In this document: one piece after another, positions 19,970 to 29,131 of the stretch | Layout of the letters: every line of letters starts with the position of its first letter | Numbering within the stretch: the stretch's first letter is position 1 | From: Kiritimatiellia bacterium | Lineage (GTDB): Bacteria > Verrucomicrobiota > Kiritimatiellia > JAAZAB01 | Length of the DNA: 64,000 nt | Direction: 5' to 3' | Assembly (NCBI GenBank): GCA_040767085.1 | Contig: JAXGPF010000003.1 | Span: 480,001-544,000, forward strand | Notes under the pieces: model-generated | Told to the model about the DNA's origin: nothing | Database searches by the model: none | What the model saw: only the letters and a program-made list of their open reading frames with translations | Position numbers and translations under genes: made by a program

Positions 19970-21175
19970 ATGCCATCAGATGTCATAAAACAACTGCTCG
20001 GACGCGGATTCCAAATCCCATGCCCGGAATCCGTATGCATCGCCCCGGAAATCCCCCCGGAACGCTTCGCCCCGGGAACGGTCATCCATCCCGGGTGCCG
20101 GATTCTCGGTAAAAACACGTCCATCGGACCCGGCTGCGAAATCGGCCGGGAAGCCCCGGCCACCGTGGAAGACTGCCAACTGGGCGCGGCCGTGCAATTA
20201 AAAGGCGGGTATTTCAGCCAATCGGTGTTCCTGGACCGCGCCCAGATGGGCAGCGGCGCCCATGTGCGGCCGGGATGCCTGCTGGAAGAGGATGCCGGCG
20301 GCGCGCACTCGGTCGGCCTGAAACAAACCGTCCTGATGCCATATGTCACGCTCGGCAGCCTGATCAATTTCTGCGATTGCCTGATGGCCGGCGGAACCTC
20401 CCGCAAAAACCACAGCGAAGTCGGATCCGCTTACATTCATTTCAATTTTACGCCGCACCAGGACAAGGCCACGCCTTCGCTGCTCGGCGATGTCCCGGCC
20501 GGCGTGCTGCTGGATCAGCCCCCGATTTTCCTGGGGGGCCAGGGCGGCCTGGTCGGCCCGGCGCGGGTGGCTTACGGCGCGGTCGTGCCGGCCGGCCTGA
20601 TCGTCCGCGGCGAGATTGATGCGCCGGGCTTGTATATCCCCCCAACCGGCCATAAACCGCCATCCCGCGATTATCAGCCCGGACGTTACAACCGGATTGA
20701 CCGGATTCTGGCCGCCAACCTGCGGTATATCGGCAACATTATCGCCTTGCGCGCCTGGTACGATCATGTCCGGGCGCCATTCATGCGGGCAGACCCGTTT
20801 CAAGCCGCCTGCCATGCCGGGGCTTTGAAATGCCTGGACGCCATCCTGGAAGAGCGGTTGTGCCGCCTGGACGAGCTGGCCGGCAAAATGCCCGCGTCCA
20901 TCAAGCTGCACACCGCAGTGCCCGCCGATGATTTTGCCGGCAACGAATGCCTGCTGCAGCAACAACGATTGCTCGAGCGCTGGCCGGCCATGCGCGGGCA
21001 AATCCAGGAAATCGTGCCGCGGTCCAGGCGGCCGGACGCAATTTTACTGGAGGAATTGGCCGGCCAGGACGGGCAACCTTACCTGGATGCCATCCGCTCG
21101 TTGACGCCCGCCGCCCGTCAATGCGCCCAGGCATGGCTGGCAACGATTGTCGCCGCCGCAAGCGCAATATGCTGA
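19970..21175 (+). CDS. GlmU-like left-handed beta-helix protein (acetyltransferase-like domain only, plus helical C-terminal extension)
   Basis: Hexapeptide-type repeats (TVIHPGCRILGKNTSIGPGCEIG, GSGAHVRPG, HSVGLKQT); no N-terminal nucleotidyltransferase motif; adjacent to glmM. Confidence 0.7.
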   Translation: MPSDVIKQLLGRGFQIPCPESVCIAPEIPPERFAPGTVIHPGCRILGKNTSIGPGCEIGREAPATVEDCQLGAAVQLKGGYFSQSVFLDRAQMGSGAHVRPGCLLEEDAGGAHSVGLKQTVLMPYVTLGSLINFCDCLMAGGTSRKNHSEVGSAYIHFNFTPHQDKATPSLLGDVPAGVLLDQPPIFLGGQGGLVGPARVAYGAVVPAGLIVRGEIDAPGLYIPPTGHKPPSRDYQPGRYNRIDRILAANLRYIGNIIALRAWYDHVRAPFMRADPFQAACHAGALKCLDAILEERLCRLDELAGKMPASIKLHTAVPADDFAGNECLLQQQRLLERWPAMRGQIQEIVPRSRRPDAILLEELAGQDGQPYLDAIRSLTPAARQCAQAWLATIVAAASAIC

Positions 21176-21188
21176 CACAGAGTTAAGT

Positions 21189-21230
21189 GTTCGGGGTTCG
21201 GTGTTCGGGGTTCGGTGTTCGGGGTTCGGT
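21189..21230. repeat. Intergenic heptamer tandem repeat (GTTCGGG/GTTCGGT) x6
   Basis: Directly visible alternating 7-mers between the glmU-like gene and glmM. Confidence 0.95.
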
Positions 21231-21269
21231 GTTGAACTCGGTTTAATCCGCCGTAAGGGGAACCATACC

Positions 21270-22619
21270 ATGGCACGACTATTCGGAACTGACGGCGTAC
21301 GCGGGGTGGCTAACATTCATCCCATGACCGCGGAAATGGCGCTGGCCATCGGCCGCGCCACGGCGCACATCTGCAAGCGCCACAATCACCGCCACCGGAT
21401 CGTCATCGGCAAGGACACCCGCATCAGCGGTTACATGCTGGAAAATGCCCTGACGGCCGGCATCTGCTCCATGGGCGTGGACGTCCTGCTGGTCGGGCCC
21501 ATGCCCACTCCGGGCATCGCCTTCATCACCCACAGCATGCGCGCCGACGCCGGCGTGGTGATTTCCGCCTCGCATAATCCCTACCAAGACAATGGCATCA
21601 AGCTCTTTTCGCGCGACGGGTTCAAGCTTCCGGACAGCATCGAGGATGAAATCGAAAACCTGATCACCACGGAAAAAATCCGCGGCATCCGCCCCACCGC
21701 CGCCGAAATCGGCAAGGCCTTCCGCATTGACGACGCCATCGGCCGCTACATCGTCTTCTGCAAAAACACCTTCCCGGACGACCTCAGCCTCAGCGGCCTG
21801 AAAATCGTTCTGGACTGCGCCAACGGCGCCACATATAAAGTGGCCCCGATCATTTTCGCCGAACTGGGCGCGGATGTCACCACGATCCACGACCACCCGG
21901 ACGGCATGAACATCAACGACCATTGCGGCGCCATCGCGCCGCGGGATTTGGCGCAAAAAGTGCGGGAAACCGGCGCCGATGTCGGGCTGGCGTTTGACGG
22001 CGACGGCGACCGCATGCTGGCGGTGGACGAACAGGGCGGCCTGCTGACCGGCGACCACGTCATCGCCATCTGCGCGCAACACCTGCACCAGGCCGGCCGC
22101 TTGCACAACAACCTCGTCATCACCACCCCCATGAGCAACTTCGGCTTCCGCGTGGCGATGCGCGCCATGGGCATCGAGACCGCGGAAGCCGACGTCGGCG
22201 ACCGGTATGTCCTGAAATTGATGCGCGAACGCGGCGCCGTGCTGGGCGGCGAGGATTCGGGTCACATCATCTTCCTGGAACACCATACCACCGGCGACGG
22301 CATCATTTCGGCCCTGCAACTGCTGGCCATCCGGCAGGCGGGCGGCCGCAAATTATCGGCCATGGCGCAGGTCATCCAGCGCGCGCCGCAGCAACTGATC
22401 AACATCGCCGTGCCGGCCAAGCCGCCCCTGGAAACCATCGCGCCCCTGCAGGACGCCATCCGGGCCGCGGATGCGGAATTGGCCGGCCGGGGCCGCGTGC
22501 TGATCCGTTATTCCGGCACCCAGGCCATCTGCCGGGTCATGGTGGAAAGCATGGACGACCAGTTGACCAGACAACTGGCCGAGCGGCTCGCCGGCGTCGT
22601 CCGCGCGCACGTGCGGTAA
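21270..22619 (+). CDS. glmM: Phosphoglucosamine mutase
   Basis: FGTDGVRG, GKDTRISG, ISASHNP (phospho-Ser), AFDGDGDR, GGEDSGH, TTGDG, RYSGT. Confidence 0.95.
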   Translation: MARLFGTDGVRGVANIHPMTAEMALAIGRATAHICKRHNHRHRIVIGKDTRISGYMLENALTAGICSMGVDVLLVGPMPTPGIAFITHSMRADAGVVISASHNPYQDNGIKLFSRDGFKLPDSIEDEIENLITTEKIRGIRPTAAEIGKAFRIDDAIGRYIVFCKNTFPDDLSLSGLKIVLDCANGATYKVAPIIFAELGADVTTIHDHPDGMNINDHCGAIAPRDLAQKVRETGADVGLAFDGDGDRMLAVDEQGGLLTGDHVIAICAQHLHQAGRLHNNLVITTPMSNFGFRVAMRAMGIETAEADVGDRYVLKLMRERGAVLGGEDSGHIIFLEHHTTGDGIISALQLLAIRQAGGRKLSAMAQVIQRAPQQLINIAVPAKPPLETIAPLQDAIRAADAELAGRGRVLIRYSGTQAICRVMVESMDDQLTRQLAERLAGVVRAHVR

Positions 22620-22700
22620 CCGGCCCGCGGGAACGGCGAACGCTTGCGCTGGGAGGCCGGCGGGGTATCGGCGTTATCAACCGTTAACCGGATCAAGGCT

Positions 22701-23090
22701 TCATTCCGCGCTTCCGCCGAGGTAGCGTTCTCCCGCGGCGACAGCCCGGACCGCAGGAATCAACTCTTCGGCGGCGCGGTGCTTGGAAACAAAGCCGAGC
22801 GCACCGGCGTGCAGCACTGCGCGCACCAGGGCCGCACCGGCATGATTGGAAAGCGCCAGGATGCGTGTTTCCGGGCGCTCCGCCAAAATGACAGCCGTGG
22901 CATTGATACCATTCATCCCCGGCAACATGACATCCATAACCACGACATCGGGGCGGTATTGCCTGGCGGCCTCAATCCCGGCTTCCGCCGACCCGACATC
23001 CGCCACGACCAACAGATCCGGTTCCTGGCCAAGCATGCGCTTGACCTGCTCGCGAATCGGAACATGATCGTCCACCAATAAAATTTTCAT
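22701..23090 (-). CDS. Stand-alone receiver-domain response regulator (NarL-type REC, no HTH)
   Basis: LLVDDH, VVVMDVMLPGMNGI, LALS, GFVSK; ends after ~129 aa. Confidence 0.9.
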   Translation of the reverse strand: MKILLVDDHVPIREQVKRMLGQEPDLLVVADVGSAEAGIEAARQYRPDVVVMDVMLPGMNGINATAVILAERPETRILALSNHAGAALVRAVLHAGALGFVSKHRAAEELIPAVRAVAAGERYLGGSAE

Positions 23091-23215
23091 TTGTCCCAAC
23101 TTTCGCCATCACGCGCACGGCGGCGCCGGCATACCCCGAGATTCATCCGGCGCCGGCCGATCCAAGGGCCGCCGCCGCCGGCCCGGCATCGCGGCGGGCA
23201 CAAGCGCTGCCCGGC

Positions 23216-23872
23216 TCAATTTTCCACCGCCGTGAGTCCTTCGCGGATCGCGTATTTCGTCAGTTCCGCCACGCTATGCAGGTTGAGTTTCTCCATGATA
23301 TTGTGGCGATGGGTCTCGACGGTTTTAACGCTGACCTCGATCGCGCCGGCGATATCCTTAGTGCTCCGGCCCTCGGCGATCATTTGCAACACTTCGCGCT
23401 CCCGGTCGGAGAGCACGACAAAAGCGGGGGCCTTGCTCATGGGCTGGGATAGTTCGACGTACGCATCCACCACGCCGCGCGCCACCCCGGAGCTGAGATA
23501 TTTCTTGCCGGCCATCACTTCACGGATGGCGCGCACCAGTTCTTCGCAGGCGGTTTGCTTGAGAATATAAGCCGACGCGCCGGCCGCAAACATCTCGCGC
23601 ACAAAGCGCTGATTCGCATGCCCCGAAAGAGCCACCACCTTTAGGTTGGGATTGGTTTTGACGATCTTGCGCGTCGCATCGATGCCGTTCAAATCCGGCA
23701 TCGCGACGTCCATGACCACAACATGGGCGCCAGACTTGCGGGCCAGGTCCACGACGGCCATCCCGTCCGCGGCCGTGCCGACCACCGTCATCCCCCGCTC
23801 CTTCTCGATCATGGCCTGCAAACCCTCGCGCATCATTTGATGGTCGTCTGCCAGCAAAATTCGGATTTCCAT
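23216..23872 (-). CDS. NarL/FixJ-family response regulator (REC + LuxR HTH)
   Basis: LLADDH, MDVAMPDLNGI, LSDREREVLQMIAEG..TKDIA..VSVKTVETHR. Confidence 0.95.
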   Translation of the reverse strand: MEIRILLADDHQMMREGLQAMIEKERGMTVVGTAADGMAVVDLARKSGAHVVVMDVAMPDLNGIDATRKIVKTNPNLKVVALSGHANQRFVREMFAAGASAYILKQTACEELVRAIREVMAGKKYLSSGVARGVVDAYVELSQPMSKAPAFVVLSDREREVLQMIAEGRSTKDIAGAIEVSVKTVETHRHNIMEKLNLHSVAELTKYAIREGLTAVEN

Positions 23873-24349
23873 GCGCAACTCCGTTAATATCCTTTTCCCT
23901 AACTTTTAAATTATGACGCGGATGCCTTAAAACTGCAAGTTAATACCACGCAACCCGTCAAAACTCCATGATTTTCCACGGCCGCGGCGCGCCGGGAATA
24001 TTGCCGAAAGAACACTCCGATTCGTTGTTTTAATGGTAGGACAAACCAATCGCCCCGGGTATCGGGGAAACCCCTGGAACCACCTGCTAAAAACCTTAGC
24101 GGGCTGGGGGCGCGCCAACATTTCAAATTTTCCCCCGATGACCAGCTTCCGGCAGCTTGGCAGGTTTCAAGCCGGTGAAGATCGCGTAAAGCGCCGGCAA
24201 CGGCGGAAATAATGATTGACATTCATTTCAAAAACGCTGAAATTGCCAAAAAGCAAGGAGCATAAAATTTCATCCGGGAATTGGCGGCAGGCATGAACCA
24301 TGCCGCAAATCCGGCATGGCGCCGGGCCGCCCGCGCCCAAGGCAAACAA

Positions 24350-25837
24350 ATGAATATTCTGCTGATCTACCCGGAATTCCCGGACACGTTCTGGAGTTTC
24401 AAACACGCGCTGGCGTTCGTCGGCAAGCGGGCGGCGTTGCCGCCGCTGGGACTGCTGACCGTCGCCGCCATGCTGCCGCGGGAATGGTCCCAGCGGCTGG
24501 TGGACGCCAATGTGCGGAAACTGGCCAAAGCGGACCTGGCCTGGGCCGACTGCGCGTTCATCAGCGCCATGGGCGTCCAACGCGCATCGGCCCGGCGGAT
24601 CATCAGCCAGTGCCGCGAAGCGGGATTGCGGATCGTGGCCGGCGGGCCGCTGTTTCAAACCGCCAGCGAGCAGATCGCCGCCGTGGACCATTTCGTATTG
24701 AACGAGGCGGAACTGACACTGCCGCTTTTCCTGCGCGACCTGGCGCAAGGGCAGCCGCGGCGGGTCTATGCCTCCGACCGGTTTGCCGACCTGCAACAAA
24801 CCCCCTTGCCGCGTTGGGATTTGCTGGAGATCAAACGTTATGGCTGCATGAGCCTTCAATTCTCGCGCGGCTGCCCGTATAACTGCGATTTCTGCAATGT
24901 CACCGCCCTGCTCGGACGCCGTGTCCGCATGAAATCGGCGGCGCAAATCGTCGCCGAATTGGACGGCATCTACCGGCGCGGCTGGCGCGGCGATGTGTTT
25001 TTCGTGGACGACAATTTCATCGGCAACCGGGTCTTCCTGAAGGCGCAACTCCTGCCGGCCCTGATCGCGTGGCGGCGGCGCAAGACCGGGGTGCTTTTTT
25101 TCACCGAGGCTTCGATCAATCTGGCCGATGACCCGGAGTTGATGGATATGATGGTTGCGGCCGGATTCAACAAGGTGTTTATCGGGATCGAGACCCCGGA
25201 CGAAGCCAGCCTGGCCGAGTGCAGCAAACTGCAGAACAAGCATCGTAATCTCGTGGAGGATGTGAAGCGCATCCAGCGGGCCGGGCTGCAGGTGCAGGGC
25301 GGATTCATCGTGGGATTCGACCACGACCGCCCTTCGATTTTCCAGCGCCAGATTGACTTCATTCAGAAGAGCGGCATTGTGACCGCCATGGTCGGCCTGC
25401 TGCAAGCCCCGCCGGGCACACGGCTTTACGAGCGGATGAAATGCGCCGGCCGGCTGCGGGGGGAATCGTCCGGCGACAACGTGGACGGCACAACCAACAT
25501 TGTCCCGGTGATGAACCTTGAAATGCTGCGCGCGGGCTACCAGAGCATTCTGCGGCACATCTACTCCCCGGAGCACTACTACGCGCGGATCAAGACCTTT
25601 CTCCGCGAATACACCCCGCCCCGGCGCCGCGGCCTCCCCCGGTTCTCCCACCTGCTCGCGCTGGCGCGCTCCTTCTACCGGCTGGGGATCGTGGGCCAGG
25701 AACGGCTGTACTACTGGAAACTCCTGCTTTGGACGCAATTCCGGCGGCCCCGGCTCATCCCCGAAGCCGTGATTCTGGCCATCTACGGGCGCCACTTCCG
25801 CAAGGTCTGCGAGCCGCTGGCGCAAAACCGCGACTAG
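24350..25837 (+). CDS. B12-binding radical SAM protein (DUF4070-type)
   Basis: YPEFPDTFWSF, PPLGLLTVA, SRGCPYNCDFC (CxxxCxxC), VDDNFIG, FIGIETP, GFIVGFD. Confidence 0.92.
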   Translation: MNILLIYPEFPDTFWSFKHALAFVGKRAALPPLGLLTVAAMLPREWSQRLVDANVRKLAKADLAWADCAFISAMGVQRASARRIISQCREAGLRIVAGGPLFQTASEQIAAVDHFVLNEAELTLPLFLRDLAQGQPRRVYASDRFADLQQTPLPRWDLLEIKRYGCMSLQFSRGCPYNCDFCNVTALLGRRVRMKSAAQIVAELDGIYRRGWRGDVFFVDDNFIGNRVFLKAQLLPALIAWRRRKTGVLFFTEASINLADDPELMDMMVAAGFNKVFIGIETPDEASLAECSKLQNKHRNLVEDVKRIQRAGLQVQGGFIVGFDHDRPSIFQRQIDFIQKSGIVTAMVGLLQAPPGTRLYERMKCAGRLRGESSGDNVDGTTNIVPVMNLEMLRAGYQSILRHIYSPEHYYARIKTFLREYTPPRRRGLPRFSHLLALARSFYRLGIVGQERLYYWKLLLWTQFRRPRLIPEAVILAIYGRHFRKVCEPLAQNRD

Positions 25838-25865
25838 TCCCTGCCGCGGCCGGGACGCGCGGGCA

Positions 25866-26381
25866 TCATTCCACGACCAGATGTTCGGCCCGGAATGCGC
25901 CGATTTCCACCGCCACACGATCGCCGGACTGGATGCTGGCGCCCGGATTGGCAAACAGGATGACGTAAATCCGGCCCGCTTCCGGCCGGACCGCCGTCGA
26001 ACGCAGCGTTCCCATCTTGGGCATCTTGGGCACCTTATGCCGTTCACCCGTGGCCTCGTTAATCAACCATGCCGCCTGCGCGCTATCGGTCAGTGCCGCC
26101 GCTTTATCGGGATCGAGCACCCGGTAACGGAAGTCGAGGATATGCCCCTGGGCCGACAGCCGCAGGCTTTCAACACGCATGCCCCACCGTTCCGCCAAGT
26201 CGGCCGCCGCCGCGCTTGACAGGATGGTGGTTGACCGAGCGTGGTTGGCCGCCGCATCCGGCGGCGGCGGGCGGGCGGACGGCAGTGGCGCCACGCATCC
26301 GACCGTCAGCATAAGCATCAAAACCGACGACGACGCCCGGAAAGGTAGACGAAGATGATGGTTAACGACCATGGGGATCAT
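25866..26381 (-). CDS. Hypothetical lipoprotein, last gene of the exported cupredoxin operon
   Basis: Hydrophobic stretch ending LTVGC (lipobox-like); beta-rich body (LDFRYRVLDP...VPKMPKMGTLR); start overlaps the upstream stop. Confidence 0.7.
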   Translation of the reverse strand: MIPMVVNHHLRLPFRASSSVLMLMLTVGCVAPLPSARPPPPDAAANHARSTTILSSAAAADLAERWGMRVESLRLSAQGHILDFRYRVLDPDKAAALTDSAQAAWLINEATGERHKVPKMPKMGTLRSTAVRPEAGRIYVILFANPGASIQSGDRVAVEIGAFRAEHLVVE

Positions 26382-27703
26382 GGCAAATCAACTTCAACTT
26401 TGTAGACCCGCACCCGGCCAGGCGGAGTATTGGTATCCGTTAAGGTCGTCACATTGTCGGCGCCAGGTTCAAGCCCGGTCGCGGGCTCCCATGGTCCGCC
26501 GCCCGGCAGGAGCTGATTGCGGGAAAACAAGCGGTAGCTGCGCCCGGCCGAGGTGTCACCCACCTGCACCTGTTTTCCCCCGCCATTCACGGCAATACCG
26601 GCTATGCGCACATACGACTGCCCATCCAGCGGTTTGGTGTCCGCTACATATTCCTGCAGGTTGGAAAACCCGTCGCCATCCGCATCGGCATCCGGCACGC
26701 CATTGGTATAACCGCCGAACCAGGTCTCCTCCCAGGCATCCGGCAAACCGTTGGCATTGGAATCCAGCGGTTTCGGCGGATTGCTCACCGCGCGACGGTC
26801 ATACCAGGTCAGCGCCGGCAAGGCCGGATTGGCGACCAGCACATCGACGGTCTTGCGCGGCGGCAACATGACGCTGTACTGCCATTTTCGGAACGCGTAA
26901 GGGAACCCGTCCTCGGCCACGATCTGGCCATAGGCGTTAGCAAGCACGGGCATGCGGAGCCGGGACCCCGCATTGATCATGCGGAACAGCACCCGTTCGC
27001 CATCCGCCGCCGCGGTTGTCCAGACGCCATTGGTGCGGTCCTCGCCGTTCAACAGGTAATACCCGGCCTGGTAGTCCATCGTGCTGGAAACCATCCGGCC
27101 GGGGCCGAAGTTGTCATGGGAAACCGCTTGCGTGAGCCGCGGTTCGATTTCGGAATAGAACAGCAAAACCGCGCGGTCATACACCACGTTCGAATAGGCC
27201 TGCCCGGGCTGATAATCTTGAATCACCGCGCCGTAAAGGCCCATGGAGCATTGGACGGCCGGATGGGACCCGCTGTGATACAAATATGTCCCGGGCCGGA
27301 TGCCGGTCCAGACGTAATCCACCGGAGCGTTATTGCCTGGCGCCGTTTCCAGCGCATAAGCGACCGCCCGGCCGGCGCCGTTGCGCACCGGCGCCTGACC
27401 GGTAGCCAGGGGTTGGCCCGGAATCACCAGCGAAACGGGCTCCGGCAGATCGTTATCCAGGTGGATGGTCAAAACCGTGTCGCCCGGGGGCACCGTTAAA
27501 ACCGGGCCTGGCACGGTTACGGCGCCATCCCGGCTGGCAAAACCGGTATCCCGCGCAAATCCCCATTGCGCCATCCGCCCGCCGTTGTTGGGGAGCGCAT
27601 TGGTCACCGGCGCCGCCCGTAGAAAAAATTCCGCACCTTGAACGGATGCCGCCATCCCGAGCATCAGGACTGCGCCCCATCCGCCGCTGAGTATGTTTTT
27701 CAT
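26378..27703 (-). CDS. Two-domain cupredoxin/multicopper-oxidase-like protein 'C' (copper ligands largely absent) with a C-terminal Ca-binding/sorting-like module
   Basis: Signal peptide; VPGPVL, PVSLVIPGQ, RPGTYLYHSGSH..MGLYG, YLLNG, AEDG; tail DSNANGLPDAWE..DADGDG..QEY. Confidence 0.8.
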   Translation of the reverse strand: MKNILSGGWGAVLMLGMAASVQGAEFFLRAAPVTNALPNNGGRMAQWGFARDTGFASRDGAVTVPGPVLTVPPGDTVLTIHLDNDLPEPVSLVIPGQPLATGQAPVRNGAGRAVAYALETAPGNNAPVDYVWTGIRPGTYLYHSGSHPAVQCSMGLYGAVIQDYQPGQAYSNVVYDRAVLLFYSEIEPRLTQAVSHDNFGPGRMVSSTMDYQAGYYLLNGEDRTNGVWTTAAADGERVLFRMINAGSRLRMPVLANAYGQIVAEDGFPYAFRKWQYSVMLPPRKTVDVLVANPALPALTWYDRRAVSNPPKPLDSNANGLPDAWEETWFGGYTNGVPDADADGDGFSNLQEYVADTKPLDGQSYVRIAGIAVNGGGKQVQVGDTSAGRSYRLFSRNQLLPGGGPWEPATGLEPGADNVTTLTDTNTPPGRVRVYKVEVDLP

Positions 27704-27758
27704 TAAAGTCCATCCTTCCTGATATTTTCCTGGCAACATTAAATTGCACCGCACCGCA

Positions 27759-29042
27759 TTAATGCATGGGCATACTGTTGGTTGTGGGCGGCATTACCAT
27801 CATCATGGTTGACATGCCGCCGGGGAACACATTGTTGTTCACGATCTCTTTTTCGTTGTGCGAATGCCACATGAACATGAAGGCGCCGTGCGGGTTAAGC
27901 CCTTCGTGGGCGGGCGGCAGCATGCCCATCCCCCCCAGGAAAGGACTGCCGCTATAATGCCCGCCGTAGGTCAAGTCCATGTCGCTCGGCAGGATGACGG
28001 GAAACGGCTTGCCGTGATCGGGGGCATATTCATGGGGCTGCATGGGCTCGTTGGTGCTGGTATGCCCGTAAATATCCCATCCCAATTTGGCGCCGGTCCA
28101 CTCGAAAACCGCATCCGTCGTCTGCCCGGGCGCCACGGTAATCGTGAATTCCGATCCGGCCAGATCCGGCCCGGAAACTCCCGGCTGGCTTTCCAGCATA
28201 CGCCCGTCACGCGCCAGGATGGCGGCATTATTCCCATGGAAATGGAAGGGGTGCGCATCACGGCCGGCGCCCACCAGCCGCATGAGGAGTTTTTCGCCCG
28301 GCAGCATTGCGGGTTGGCAATCATAGGGCTGGTGCGGCAGCCACGGCGCGAACGCCGGCAGCATGGTGTCCGGCGAGCAGCGTCCATTGATAAACCAATA
28401 CACGGGCCAGAAAGCCGTCATATCCGCCCGGGCCGGCCGGCCCGCTTCGATCGCCGCATGCACATCGGGATCAATCTCGGTCAGCAAGAACAGATATTCC
28501 TGGTCGAAAACGGTAGCCGCATGGTCATACGCCTGCGTACTCACGGCCGGCCGAACGATCAAAGCGCCGACTAAGCCCATCTCGACCTGCAGGTCCTGGC
28601 GCGTTCCGCTCTGGTAAAGATAGGTTCCGGGCTGGTGGGCCGTGAAATGGTATGATACCGTGCCGCCATTCGGTGGCGCTTCCCGGGTCAGGGCGCCGGC
28701 CGCTCCGCCCGCCGCGGTGACGCCGACCTGCCCGGGGAAAACCATGGACACGGGCGTCGTCAAGGTGTTGCGCAGATTGATTTGGACGCTGGCGCCCTGG
28801 CGCACGATCAGGGTCGGGCCGGGATATTGCATGGCGCCGGATCCGACCGCAAACCCCCACATGTAAATCGAAGCGCCGTCGGGCGTCAGGATATGCCCGT
28901 CGCGGGCCGTCAGTTCAACCACGCCGCCATCGGCCACCGCCAGGCCGTCAATCCAATGCCGCGCGGCGGAGGCCGGGTTGAGGGCGAGTGCCAGCAGCCC
29001 TGCCGTGCAGATCGCCAAATGCGCTGTTTGGTTATATCTCAT
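27759..29042 (-). CDS. Two-domain cupredoxin/multicopper-oxidase-like protein 'B' (His ligands only in domain 2, no T1 Cys)
   Basis: Signal peptide; YPGPTL, PVSMVFPGQ, GTYLYQSG; domain 2 HPFHFHG and WHSHNE; Met-rich tail. Confidence 0.85.
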   Translation of the reverse strand: MRYNQTAHLAICTAGLLALALNPASAARHWIDGLAVADGGVVELTARDGHILTPDGASIYMWGFAVGSGAMQYPGPTLIVRQGASVQINLRNTLTTPVSMVFPGQVGVTAAGGAAGALTREAPPNGGTVSYHFTAHQPGTYLYQSGTRQDLQVEMGLVGALIVRPAVSTQAYDHAATVFDQEYLFLLTEIDPDVHAAIEAGRPARADMTAFWPVYWFINGRCSPDTMLPAFAPWLPHQPYDCQPAMLPGEKLLMRLVGAGRDAHPFHFHGNNAAILARDGRMLESQPGVSGPDLAGSEFTITVAPGQTTDAVFEWTGAKLGWDIYGHTSTNEPMQPHEYAPDHGKPFPVILPSDMDLTYGGHYSGSPFLGGMGMLPPAHEGLNPHGAFMFMWHSHNEKEIVNNNVFPGGMSTMMMVMPPTTNSMPMH

Positions 29043-29131
29043 CTCGCGTTTCCTTCCTTATGGCCTGATTATACCGCCCGCCGCCGCCCATCCACGGACC
29101 GGGTAAGTTCGGGATGCAAGGCGTTGGGCAA

